Shown here: positions 41,736-55,244 of the stretch, in pieces
Layout of the letters: every line of letters starts with the position of its first letter
How positions within the stretch are numbered: the stretch's first letter is position 1
The notes under the pieces: generated by a model
What the model was told of the DNA's origin: nothing
Seen by the model: only the letters and a program-made list of their open reading frames with translations
Databases searched by the model: none
Translations under genes and position numbers: made by a program
Source of the DNA: Eledone cirrhosa
Taxonomy: Eukaryota
Reading direction: 5' to 3'
Assembly: GCA_964016885.1 (NCBI GenBank)
Contig: OZ024749.1
Coordinates: 5,766,001-5,830,000, forward strand
DNA: 64,000 bases

Positions 41736-42000
41736 TCATTTTACGTCTGCTTTTCCCTGCTTGCAAGGGTGGGACGAGGGACGGGAACTGATTCTGGCTT
41801 GATTTCTACAGCTGGATGCCCTTCCTAACACCAACCTCATTTACAGTGAGTGCTGGGTGCTTCTTTCGCGTGGCACCTCCACGACCACTTTGCAGTGGAA
41901 TGATTTGGACCCCAGTCCCTAGCATCTCATTTCTACAGCTGAGTAAACTGGAGCAATGTGAAATAAAGTGTCTTGCTCAAGGAAACAACACATCGACCGG
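41732..42000 (-). mobile_element. SINE family B lacking its tRNA head, within (TA)n
   Basis: Highly similar to 6885-7135. Confidence 0.8.
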
Positions 42001-42311
42001 TTATATATATATATATGTGGGTGTGTTGTGTGTGTATTTATATATATATATATGTATGTGTGAGTATATATATATATATATATATATAAATATATATATA
42101 TATGGGTGTGTGTGTGTGTGTTTATATATATGTGTGTATGAGTGTATATATATATATATATATACACTCAGACAGATAGTATTAACAATGGGAAAGACCA
42201 ATGGAAACATTGTTTCTTTGGTCCGATTTGATGAGCTCCACTGCACTCATTAAGTGAATGAGGTCTGGGATCTTATTGATCGACTGCATATCTATCTATC
42301 TATCTATCTAT

Positions 42312-44064
42312 ATTACGCGATCCATTCGACAGGGATGCGCTCTCTCCTCCCTTCTCTACGTATTGACTCTCGAGCCACTACTGCAGAAGTTGGGGCTATT
42401 GCAGGGCATCCCTCTGGAACCGGGACTGCGGAAAGTGGCGTCGGCCTACGCCGACGACGTGACAGTAATGGTGTCGAGCGCCTCGCAAATCGAGGAAGTC
42501 GGCACCTTACTGAAGGAATACAAAAGTTTTACAGGAGCGAAGCTGAACCAGGATAAGTCCATCGGTTTGCAACTCGGATCGTGGAGAGGCAGACCGATGC
42601 CTTCCAATGGCGTCATCGGACGCTGGAGGAGGGACCAGTAAAGCTGCTCGGGGTCTGGTTTGGTCCGGACCTCCAGGTGGAGAAGAACTGGAACGAAGTG
42701 ACGGCCAAGGTATTTGCACTCACCCAGAAGTGGGCCGAGTGCAAACTATCCTTGAAAGGTCGAGCGGAGGTGGCGAACACTTTTATAGCGTCCGCCATCT
42801 ACTACTGCTTGACCATCGTGACTTGTCCAGCCAAAACGCTCACCAAAATGGTGTGTGCGCTCTTCCAATTCTTTTGGAAGAGGCAGGCTCCTTTGGTGAG
42901 AAGATCCATCTGCTGCCAACACCCTGCTAACAGAGGGCTGGGGATGCCGTGGTTGACGATGCGCAAACACGCGCTCAGGCTGCGGCATCTCTACGTATTC
43001 CTCACCGGACAACTGGTGTGGGCCCCGTTAGTGAGGCGAGCCTTTCCACGACTCGTCTCGCTGACCGAGCTGCAGTCTTGGGTCAAGCAAAGACCGAGGA
43101 AAATGGGCGACTGGCACATCGAATGTGCTCAGGCGCTCACAGCCCTCTGGCAGGCGCACCCGGCGATCAGTGGAGACTCCACTTCGTCATTCTATAGAGG
43201 GTTGATCCGCAGCAAGTGCGACGACGCGCTCGGTGAAACTCTAGGCATAGAGGAAGATGAACTGGCCAGTCTGTTCGGTAGGACCTTCTGCCCGGGACAG
43301 ATGGACAACTTCCAAAAGTCCCTGGCCTGGCAGTGCTACCGAGGAGCTCTACCAGTTCGAGACAAGCTCTACAGACATGGGCGCCCAGGCAGGGACCCAG
43401 CAAAAAAGATCTGTCTGAGGTGCTTGCGAGATGAAGAAACCATCGCGCATGCATTCATACACTGCCCGGGCGTCACTGACCTGTGGGGCTATGTAGAACG
43501 ACTATTGTCACGGGTGGGACCAATCTGGTTGACCACCGAGTCCATTGTCATGATCAAACCGCCACCCTCCTTCAAAAACGAAGGAGAGGCGGTTTTCCTT
43601 TGTGTGATAGCTATGGCGAAAGAGGTTGTATGGTGGACAAGGTTGAAAGGGCTGAGGTCAGACACCTTTCTCTCCGGCCAACAACTGATTCTTTTTTTCA
43701 AATACCACTTTGGAAGAAGAATCAGGATGGAGAGAGAGGTGCTGTACCCCAGCAAGTTTTATGAAAGGTGGGTGAAAGTGGCGAGAATGGCCCGAGTGAA
43801 TGGGCCTTCTCTCTATATCAGCCTGTAGGTTGAGGAAAAGAAGAAGGAGAGGAAAGGAGTACAAACTATTCGTACTCCTGGAGATGAGGGTTGCACATTT
43901 TTTCGGGGGTATGTGTTACCCATATAAACTGTCTCCCCTATTGGGGAAAATCGACTAATTTTTTAAATTGCATTTGTGATAACATTTTACACATTTTTAT
44001 TGTATGTAAACTTCCCCCTTTGTATTTGTCCCCTTCTTTTGTGCCCCTGTGGCTAATAAAGAAA
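42312..44064 (+). mobile_element. Tx1/L1-clade LINE, 5'-truncated, one frameshift
   Basis: RT motifs IRQGCALSSLLY and AYADDVTV, KLLGVWFG, C-terminal C..C..ET..H.F..C zinc finger; stop at 43828; 3'UTR ends aataaagaaa; putative TSD catatctatctat (42287 and 44065). Confidence 0.93.
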
Positions 44065-45929
44065 CATATCTATCTATATATATATACACATATACATGTG
44101 TGTGGGTGTGTTATGATCGTTGAAGGCTTGCTAGCAGGGAAACTGGACATTAAATCAATGACAATGATAATTATCAGGATCACACCTGATTGTTTACTGG
44201 TCACTGAAGTGTAGTGGAGCAAAAATATTTTGGGATAAACCAGATATGATGTTTGATGAAAATACAGAAATCAAAATAACCATAACATATGAAATTACAA
44301 AATCATCGTTGATACACATTATATATCCATATCAGTACAATCTCTTCTCCTGCTCACAGCATCTGATCCCTCTTGTACCCTGCATTTCTCTCAGCTCATC
44401 CATGCTTTGCCATTTATGCACATTAACATGACCCTAAGGGGAGAGGAAAGGAGAGAAACTCTTCATCAGATCAGATCAATGAAATAATGTTTCCATTGGT
44501 CTTTCCATTGCTGATATTATCTGTCAGATGTAACTCCTAGCAGAAGGAGTCACATGAAATAAAATACTTTGCTCATGAACAAAACATGCCAACCAAATCC
44601 ATGATGTGATCCCACAACACTGCAATCATAGATCCATCACCCTAACCCCTTAGCCCTACACTTTCTCTTATGATACCAGGAAATATATGATAAATCTATT
44701 AATAAATCTACCAAATTCCTTACTGGCGTCAAATTGGCAAGATTCACCTAAGCTTCTTACTCTCTCTCTTAATATTCCCAGAACTTATCATTGTCAAAAA
44801 TGTGTATGGCTGTGTCAATGGTTTGTAATTTAGGCACAAGGCCAGCAATTTGAGGGGAGCAGGAGGTCAATAATATCAACCCCAGTATTTGACTGGTACT
44901 TTATTTTATTGATTGCAGAAGAATGAAAGGCAAAGTTGACTCCAGTGCGATTTGACTTCAGAACATAAAGATCTAGAAGAAGTACTGCATAGAGTTTTGT
45001 CTGATGCTCTAATGATTTTTCCAGCTGCCTTCCAATGTCTATATTAACAAGATTAATGTGATGTTAACATACTAGACTACTAACACCATGGCTATAAGAT
45101 CAAGTGTTCATATAAAGATACTGTCAGGCTCTTGAACAATAAACAACTATGTCTGCTCTAATCTGTTTCACTGACAAAATACATACTCAACTTTGAAATG
45201 ATATGAGAGTCCTTAGAAATAGGAAGAGAATCCTTATGTAAAAAACAAAAGCAATATCAAAAACAAGTTGCAGTGGAACTGTGTCAGAGACCAGGTCACA
45301 AAAAATGCAATGAATATATTAACACCAAGAAATAAATAATAAATGTAAAATAAATTAACAGTTTTTGTGTGTGTTGAATGGCTAAAATGATCCTTCCATG
45401 ATGTAATTGCCGAAAAATAGAATAAAAAAAGCAGAAACGAAAAGATGAACTTGTAAAAGGCAAAACATCACATTACCGGTGTAAGCCTGAGGGGAAATGG
45501 ATGTAAAACAACCAGAAAATAACCCAATATGGTTTAAAAGTTGTACTTCTCTTTCTTTATATTCTATTGTAGTGTGTAATGTTATATTGAAGGTCCTCTT
45601 ATCACAGTAATGGAGACAAGGAATTGTTTAGTTTGTACTGGTTTTCTAGAGATACTTGATATAGCATGTTAATATATCATACAGCTTCACACTGCTCAGC
45701 TCATACACACTATTATCTTTGTGTGTCTTTTTTTTTCGGGGGGGGGGGGTCTTTCCTTTTTGCCATAATATGATATGCAAGGGATATTACATATCAACAT
45801 TTTATCTTATCTTCTCATTGAATCTGTGAGCAATAAAGAACAGAGGTGAGAAGTGTAGTGTGACATATTTGTCACTACCAGCATGAAACTAATATTTCCT
45901 GTTCTTCCATTATGAAAAGCATGTAATAC

Positions 45930-47262
45930 CACCATCACGACCACCACCACCACCACCACCACCACCACTACCACCACCACCAACAACATCAACACAGCCA
46001 ATACCACCACCACCACCACCGCCGCCGCCACCACTACCAACAGCAACACCACCACCACCACCACCAACAACAACATCAACACAGCCAATACCACCACCAC
46101 CACCACCACCACCAACAACATCAACACAGCCAATATCACCACCACCACCACCACCACCACCACTACCAACAGCAACACCACCACCACTACCACCACCACC
46201 AACAGCATCAACACAGCCAATACCACCACCACCACCAACAGCATCAACACAGCCAATACCACCACCACCACCACCACCACCAACACCACCAACACCACCA
46301 ACACAGCCAACACCACCACCACCACCACCACCACCACCACCGCTACCACTACCAACAGCAACAACACCACCACTACCACCACCACCACCACCAACAACAT
46401 CAACACAGCCAATACCACCACCACCACCACCGCTACCACTACCAACAGCAACAACACCACCACTACCACCACCACCACCACCAACACCACCAACACAGCC
46501 AACACCACCACCACCACCACCACCACCACCGCTACCACTACCAACAGCAACAACACCACCACTACCACCACCACCACCACCAACAACATCAACACAGCCA
46601 ATACCACCACCACCACCACCACCACCAACACAGCCAACACCACCACCACCACCACCACCACCGCTACCACTTCCAACAGCAACAACACCACCACCACCAC
46701 CACCACCACCACAACAGCACCACCACCACCACCACCACCACCACCACCACCACCACAACCAATACCAACCGCAGCTGCAACACAGCCACCACCACCACCA
46801 CCACCACCACCACACACCCCCACCACCACAACAGCACCACCACCACCACCACAGCCAATACCACCACCACCACCACCACCACCACCACCACCACCACCAA
46901 TACCACCACCAACAGCACCACCACCACCACCACCACCACCACCACCACCACCACCACAACCAATACCACCAGCAGCTGCAACACAGCCACCACCACCACC
47001 ACCACCACCACCACACACCCCCACCACCACAACAGCACCACCACCACCACCACAGCCAATACCACCACCACCACCGCCACCACCACCACCACCACCACCA
47101 CCACCACCAATACCACCACCAACAGCACCACCACCACCACCACCACAACAGCACCACCACCAACACCACCACCACCACCAACAGCACCACCACAACAGCA
47201 CCACACCACCACCACCACCACCACCACCACAACCAATACCACCAGCAGCTGCAACAGCCAAC
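45930..47262. repeat. (ACC)n array with recurring aacacagccaat interruptions
   Basis: Direct inspection. Confidence 0.95.
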
Positions 47263-47577
47263 TGTAATGGAGAATACTCCAACACAACAACACAGGGGGA
47301 ACATTTTCATCTATTTATTCTACACAAAGATAACTATGATATCATTCTCAACATATTGCTTCAAATAGATAAATAGCTGAAGATGTATAAAACCTTATAG
47401 AATCTTGTTAACTTGTATTTTGTCTTATTTTAGATTTATTAATCTTTGGAGCAGAAATCTATAGACTAGGCACTTACGTTTAGCTCATAGTGGCTATTAT
47501 AAAGTTTTCAAAAGAGGGATTAATGTTATGTTTGAAATCTTAATTTCTTTGAAATCCTTCTTTTAGAGCTACCATAT

Positions 47578-47697
<120 letters not shown>

Positions 47698-47732
47698 TAA
47701 CCCATGCTAGCGTGGAAAGTGGACGTTAAACG

Positions 47733-47764
<32 letters not shown>

Positions 47765-48014
47765 ATATATATACACGTACATATATATATATATATATAT
47801 TGGAAAAGTAAATAACAACAATAAGGAGTACAGTTACGAAAGGTGTTAGTGATTAGGTTCACATACATACATATATATATACATATATATATAAATACAT
47901 ATATATATATATACATAGATACATACATATATATATATACATACATACATATATATATAAATACATATATATATATAGATACATACATATATATATATAT
48001 ACATAGATACATAC

Positions 48015-48047
<33 letters not shown>

Positions 48048-48520
48048 CATACATATATATATAAATACATATATATATATATATACATACATATATATAT
48101 AAATACATATATATATATATACATACATATATATATAAATACATATATATATATATACATACATATATATATAAATACATATATATATATATACATAGAT
48201 ACATACATATATATATATACATACATACATACATATATCTATATATGTTGTATCAAAAGGCAGTGGCAGGACTTCTAACTTATCCATCAACATCTTCAAC
48301 ATTGAAAGCTAAATCTTATTTAACTATTTGCCTATTGCATTTATATTTTAGGAAAGACATTTCATGTCATAAATATTTCTAATTAAATTTGTTTTATAAT
48401 TATAAACTGTCCAATATTTGTCACCTTTTATTGAAATCTAATTAAAACAGTTTTTAACTCATAAATATACTTTATACTTCATTTCTGTTTCATGTTTATA
48501 TTTCCCAGAGTTTCTTCCAA

Positions 48521-49515
48521 TTAATTGTTTCTACTTTAGGCACAAGGCCAGAAACTACCTCAGTGTATTACTGGTGCTTTATTTTATCGACCCTGTAAGG
48601 ATGAAAGGAAAAGCTAACTCCAGCTGGGTTTAATAAATTAATTGTTTCTACTTTAGGCACAAGGCCAGAAATTACCCCAGTGTATTACTGGTGCTTTATT
48701 TTATCGACCCTGTAAGGATGAAAGGAAAAGCTAACTCCAGCTGGGTTTAATAAATTAATTGTTTCTACTTTAGGCACAAGGCCAGAAATTACCCCAGTGT
48801 ATTACAGGTGCTTTATTTTATCAACCCTGTAAGGATGAAAGGAAAAGCTAACTCCAGCTGGATTTAATAAATTGTTTCTACTTTAGGCACAAGGCCAGAA
48901 ATTACCCCAGTGTATTACAGGTGCTTTATTTTATCGACCCTGTAAGGATGAAAGGAAAAGCTAACTCCAGCAGGATTTAATAAATTGTTTCTACTTTAGG
49001 TACAAGGCCAGAAATTACCCCAGTGTATTACAGGTGCTTTATTTTATCAACCCTGTAAGGATGAAAGGAAAAGCTAACTCTAGTGGGATTTAATAAATTG
49101 TTTCTACTTTAGGCACAAGGCCAGAAATTACCCCAGTGTATTACAGGTGCTTTATTTTATCGACCCTGTAAGGATGAAAGGAAAAGCTAACTCTAGTGGG
49201 ATTTAATAAATTGTTTCTACTTTAGGCACAAGGCCAGAAATTACCCCAGTGTATTACAGGTGCTTTATTTTATCGACCCTGTAAGGATGAAAGGAAAAGC
49301 TAACTCTAGTGGGATTTAATAAATTGATTGTTTCTACTTTTGGCACAAGGCCAGCAATAATCCCCAGTGCATTACTGGTACTTTACTTTATCGATCCCCT
49401 GAAGCATGAAAGACAAAGTTAACCTCGGCGCGATTTGAACCCAGAACGTAAAAAGCCATAACTCTATGGTGCAAAGCATGGTGTCTGATGCTCTACTGAT
49501 TCTGCCAATCCACTC
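48521..49515 (-). repeat. Tandem array of about 7 SINE-A 3' halves (113-117 bp) next to a full SINE
   Basis: aattgtttctactttaggcacaaggccagaaattaccccag...gatgaaaggaaaagctaactc repeated; full copy with tRNA head at 49327-49515. Confidence 0.92.
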
Positions 49516-50019
49516 CAATTAATACCCCTTTCAGAAAACTACACCCATATATATATATACACACCGGATATGGCTGGTTTAAATGCTAAAGGGTTAAGCA
49601 ACATTAACAAGACCTGCTTGATAAGTACAACTCAGTACGATGACTGAATCACATTAAAACATAGTCATTAATCTTATAATGGTATAGCCAGCAGTGGATT
49701 GGCAGTATCAGTAGAGGGTCGGACGCCATGATTTGACGCTTATAATTACAGTCCTTCCCATTCTGTGTTCAAATCCCGCCAAGGTTAACTTTGCTTTTCA
49801 TTTCATCCTTACCGGGTGGTCGATAAAATAAAGTACCAGTAATGTACTGAATAATTGCTGGCCTTGTGCCAAAAGTAGAAACAATTACTCTTATAACCTA
49901 GATTTTCATGACGATCTGTTCACTAATAAAGATACTATAAACAACTGGATTAACAAACAAGTTTTTAAATATTTTTCGTTTTAAAACCAGATTATATAAA
50001 TACATATATATGGTTGAAA

Positions 50020-50230
50020 GTCTGTCTCGGGCCCAGAGGCTCATCAGGCTGGTGCTTATTCCAGTTTCCATGGCGTTAAATAACTGAGAGTACAATACCC
50101 CACACCCATCACCTGGACAGGATGCCAGTCCATTGCAGGGTTAAACTCCCAGCTATTGCTGGTACTTATTTACAGCTGAGCATACTGGGGCTACATGAAA
50201 TTAATTGTTTTGCTCAACAACACAACACAC
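50020..50230 (-). mobile_element. Old SINE with CORE-like and V-domain-like segments
   Basis: Minus strand: ttgagcaaaaca...ctcagctgtaaat then ccctgcaatggactggcatcctgtccagg (V-domain-like, from recall). Confidence 0.5.
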
Positions 50231-50450
50231 AGCACACTTTAGATTTTAGATACGTGTGTGTGTGCGTGTGTGCGTGTGTGTGTGTGTGTGTGTCTCTCTG
50301 TGTGAGTCTGTATTGCATCTGTGTCTGTGTGTGCATCTGTGTGTGTGTGTGTGTATGTGTCTGTGTGTGTGTATGTGTGTGTGTGTATGTGTGGGTCTGT
50401 GTGTGCATCTGTGTCTGCGCGCGCACGTGTGTGTCTAGGTGAGTGTGTCT

Positions 50451-50484
<34 letters not shown>

Positions 50485-50507
50485 CTATGTCTGTGTGAGT
50501 ACACACA

Positions 50508-50894
50508 CATGGTGTTTAAAACAATTAGGTATCATCTGCGATGTAAACATCTGAGAAACTACAAAATATAGGACAACTAGATTAATGAACAGTCCTAATG
50601 TTGGGCAATACAAGAGTTGTTCCTCAAAATTTGTCAACATTATAACATTAGAGGGTCGCACGCCATGCTTTGACGCATATAGTTACGGTCCTTGCCATTC
50701 TCAGTTCAAATCCAGTCGAGGTTAACTTTGCCTTTCATCCTCACGGGGTTGATAAAATAAAGTACCAGTAATGCACTGGGTAATTGCTAGCCTTGTGCCA
50801 AAAGTAGAAACAATTATAATATTAATTCACAATATATATTGTATATATATTCTTGGAAACATGCCATTGATATCAAATCTTTTTAAACACCCTG
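50508..50894. mobile_element. Degenerate Tc1/mariner MITE interrupted by SINE A (50648-50815)
   Basis: Imperfect TIRs catggtgtttaaaacaattaggtatca / tgatatcaaatctttttaaacaccctg|TA. Confidence 0.5.
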
Positions 50895-50899
50895 TATTT

Positions 50900-51225
50900 T
50901 GAAGCAGATTATACAAATATATATATATATTTTAAAACAGGTTATATAAAATATATTTTTTTTTTTAAATCACGTTATATAAAATAGGTTTTTAAAGCAG
51001 GTTATATCAATAGATATATCATTTTAAACAGGTTATATAAAATATATATATTTCTAAAGCAAGATATATAAAATCTGAATATATTTTTCAATCAAATACA
51101 TAATTTAAATATATTTTTCAATCAAATACATAATTTTTTTAAAGCAGGTTATATAATATATATATATATTTTGAAGCAGGTTATATAAAAAGTTATATAT
51201 ATATTTAAACAGGTTATATAAATGT
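50900..51225. repeat. Degenerate AT-rich tandem repeat (aa(g)caggttatataaaa core)
   Basis: Core recurs about 8 times at irregular spacing. Confidence 0.7.
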
Positions 51226-53462
51226 GGCCGTATTTGAAAGAATGAAATAAAAAAAGTAAATATTTTTTCAATTAAAATGGATGTTTAAATCTTTCAAAAT
51301 ACCTTCTGAAGACTGAAGAATTCATTAAGATTAAATGTTTCTAATTAATTTTAATTACCTCAAAAACTGAGATTTATAATTAGAACCAATTAGCAATGAA
51401 TACACAATATATGACTTTAATTTCCGAAGTTAAATATTTGACATTTTCAAATAGGAGACAAGAAATAGGTTTGTTGTTGTTGCTGTGGTTGTTGTTGGTT
51501 TGCCCCAGGTCAAACCAGATTGAGCAAACCTTTGGTCTAAGGTGGTCTAGTGGTAATTAGTTATGATATGTTGTTGCTGTTTTAAAACATCGTGCATCCA
51601 ACTAGTCAGTACAACATTATCCAGGAACAACAACAGTGGCAACACAGTGGCAAAGTGTTTCAATTTATTTTGAAAATACAACAAAATAACAACAATAACA
51701 ACAGCAAAAATCGAGGAATTTAGTATGTCAACTGATATTTTCATTAGCTAACTGATGTTTGGAACAACATTTAACAAAGATTCTTGACTAAAATCAAGAT
51801 TTAATATTTTAATATAAGTTTGACATGACAAAAGGTACCCAGCCCACATTGTAAAGTGGTCGTGTAGGTGTCATGACAAAAAGCATCTAGCCAAAACTGT
51901 AAATTGGTTGTAATGGTGTCACAGCAAAAAGAAACCAGCCCACACTGTAAAGTGGTCATGTAAGCATCACAAAAAAGTGCATGTAGTACACACTGTAAAT
52001 GAGGTTGGTGCTAGGAAGGACATCCAGCTGTAGAAACCGAGCCAAAATCAGTTCTGTATGAGCAAGACATGGTCACTTGATCTAGCATTGCCCACAACAG
52101 GGTAACTCGTCTAACCCATGCTAGCTTGGAAAAATGGATGTGAAACGGTGTCGCTGATCATGATGATGATGAAGAATTAAAAACAGGGAAATTTTGTATC
52201 ATGAGAATCAAGGAATGGTTTCAAGTGGTTTGGTATCATTACAGAGTATATGGGGTTAAGTTTAACATTACCCTACACTAGAGAGGTTACCTTACACTAG
52301 GCTTGACTAAACATTGTTTTTGATCCTATGTTGTTTCATGAACCCCTTTATAGAGTATATTGGTAGACTATAATGCTGCACCTACCACAGATAGGTACTT
52401 TATCCCCTACAAGACTAAAGAATCCACTCTACATTATGTTGTCTCTATTAGTTCAGAAACCAATTTATAGAGTATACAAAGTGAATTCTTTTATGGCACC
52501 AGTATTAGAAAGATCACCTTGTATACTGCAAGACAAGAGAGTCTTCAGCACTGAAAGTTGTCTCCATTAGTTTCAAGCAAATATGACCAAAAGAGTGAAT
52601 ATATATTAGCGTTATATATATGTTGTTACATATATGTATGAATAAATATCATATATCATAATCTAAAGTCACACACACACACATATATATAGTATACATA
52701 TATATATATATATATTATATATTATATGTATATATATATATATATTACATATATATTATATGTATATATGTTACATATATATTATATACTATATGTATAT
52801 ATATTAGATAAGTATATATATATGTGTGTGTGTGTATATAAAATTACACATAGATTTTTTATGAGTGTGTGTGTATGTGAATATAAGAACTAAATAATTG
52901 ATGTGATTTTTGGCAGTTCTGTTTCGTCTGACAGTTTCTCCTTCTTCATATTTCACTAAAAGACTAAATGGGAATTCATTAAGTCATTCTAAAAGTGTTT
53001 TGGTTACAATCCAAATAAAAGATTCCTCGCCCTCCATCATACTGCCCCTCCTTTCTCTGTCCCCAAGACATCTACAGACCCAACGTCAGTTTTAGAGGTC
53101 AACATTTGTTATATAGAGAAACAAAAAATCCTCTCCTTGCATCACTGGTAATTTCAGCCAACAATGGCAATTTTTCTTCTCTGTTGTCTCGTAATGTTGC
53201 AAAGAGATTTTTTGTGGGGGGTAAAGCTACAACATTGCTATGGACAACAAAGGATAGTTGGAACTGGATGCTATGATTTAGTATAGTACTCAGGAGCAGA
53301 AAATTGGGGAAACAAAGAATTACTCAAACAGGAAAAATAGAAATTTGTAGAAAAAACAGCAAATATATATATATATATACATACATATATATATATATTG
53401 GATCAAGTATGGAATTTGTATAAATTTGTTTTTTTCCTACAAATTTCATACTTGACGAACCT

Positions 53463-53568
<106 letters not shown>

Positions 53569-53845
53569 AAAGAATGAAAGACAAAGCCATCTTAAGGAAA
53601 TAAAGAGCTAATCAAACATTAGTTATTAAATGACTTAATGGATCTGAAAATGGAAAAAAGATGTTCACCAAGAAATCATATTGAATAATTAGAATATTAA
53701 GGAAGTTTTAATTAGAATATTTTTCTTGTTTAGAATTCGTCCATTAGTGCAGGAAAACAAAACAAAACACTATATTTTTTTTTAAATTAAAAAAATTGAT
53801 TTCTGTTGAGAGATTTTGATTGAAGTGAAATAATGTTATGTAAGA

Positions 53846-55062
53846 CTAGCAGTGGTACCCGGCGTTGCATGGGATGAGGTACTTTGGAACGCGGGCCGCC
53901 AACAGACCTAATCGTGGAAAAACTGCATGCCTGGACAATATTTAAAGAAAATAAATCAAATACTCTGATGGCTGGATAATCTTTAAGATTTTCCTTGATG
54001 AAACAGGAAAACTGCCGGTTATCACCTAATGTGGGCCCTAGGGGATCAAGAAAATGAATTTTTTTTATGTGCATAACATGCCTTGAAATTTCAGGAAAAT
54101 CGGCTAGATGTAACTCCTCAAAAAAGTCCTAAAAAGCTGAAAAAATGAAGTTTTTCACCTAATGCGGGCCCTAGGACATAAAGAAAGTTTAATTTTCTTT
54201 GCTCACGGTATGAAGAAGAGACAGACTAATACATAGTTACAATTTCAAGGAAATCGGTCTGACGTAACGCCTCAAAAAATCCTTAAAAAGCTGAAAAAAA
54301 CGTAGTTTTTCACTTAATGCAGGCCCTAGGGGATCAAAAGGTTGAATGTCTTATGTGCATAACACTCCCTGAAACATAAGCAATACACATGTAAAGTTTG
54401 AAAAATATCGGTTAGGTACTTCTCGAGTTTTAGGGATTCAAACTCACAGACACACAGACAGACATCCTCAGTTTTATATATATAGACTAGCAGAAAACCA
54501 CCCGGTAGGCGGTTTTCTGCTAGCAAATCTAGTGTATATACTGATATTGTTGAGATTTGGATGAGAAATGTTTTCGGCACCACATGTTCACCGTCTCTCG
54601 GTGTGTCTTTTATGCATGTATAAAAATATATGTTATATATACGGTGAAATCTTTGAAATAAATATATGTTAAAACGAAAAAGGAGAAAAAGAGATTAGTG
54701 ACGGAAATATAAACGTTATGATACATAAACGTTATGATATAACGATGGAAATATATCTTCAAATGGTCCTTGGCATGGTGTCAAGTCAGAACCGCCTCGA
54801 ACTGGTTAGTTCTGGCTTGTGCAAGGTGTCTCTATAGCAACCAGCGATTCCCTCGGCCTCAGTGACCAAAGTCAGTGGAGAGGGGAAGGTAATGTTTCTA
54901 TAGCACGTGTTTTAGCGTCTATTCACTCTCTCTCCCTCTCTCCCTCCCGCTATCCCCCTCTCGTAGTCTGTCTCTTTCTTTCACTCTCACTCTCTCTCTA
55001 AGCACGTGTTTCCACTGTCGGACAGACAGACAGAGAAATTGCTGGTTATATATATAAGTAGA
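53846..55062 (-). mobile_element. Two head-to-tail non-autonomous Helitrons (53846-54486 and 54487-55062)
   Basis: CTAG plus cccggcgttgcatggg hairpin at 53846; TCTATATATATAAAA 5' end at 54486; hairpin ctagcagaaaacc...ggttttctgctag at 54487; 54845-55062 is nearly identical to 10333-10543. Confidence 0.75.
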
Positions 55063-55244
55063 TGACTTAGGATTCACAGATGACTTAATTTATAAAAAGT
55101 GAAGGTGATTAAGTTATGTAACAAATAAGGAGCCCATTAACCAGGCTGGATACATACATCCATATCTGCTGTGGTTATTGTTGTGCAAGAGTGCGACGCC
55201 CAACCGACGAGAATGGGCTGGACCACTATATATAAATAATTCAT

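Noticed and set aside
42170-44530. Inverted repeats flanking the Tx1 LINE (42170-42240 and 44460-44530) as TIRs of a larger element
   Set aside because: The sequence is a dispersed repeat (another copy near 16475-16530) and the copies are diverged; likely independent insertions.
45807-47310. Gly-rich structural protein (GGGG-IGC repeats)
   Set aside because: An (ACC)n array whose Gly frame switches between ORFs; no signal peptide or supported splice structure.
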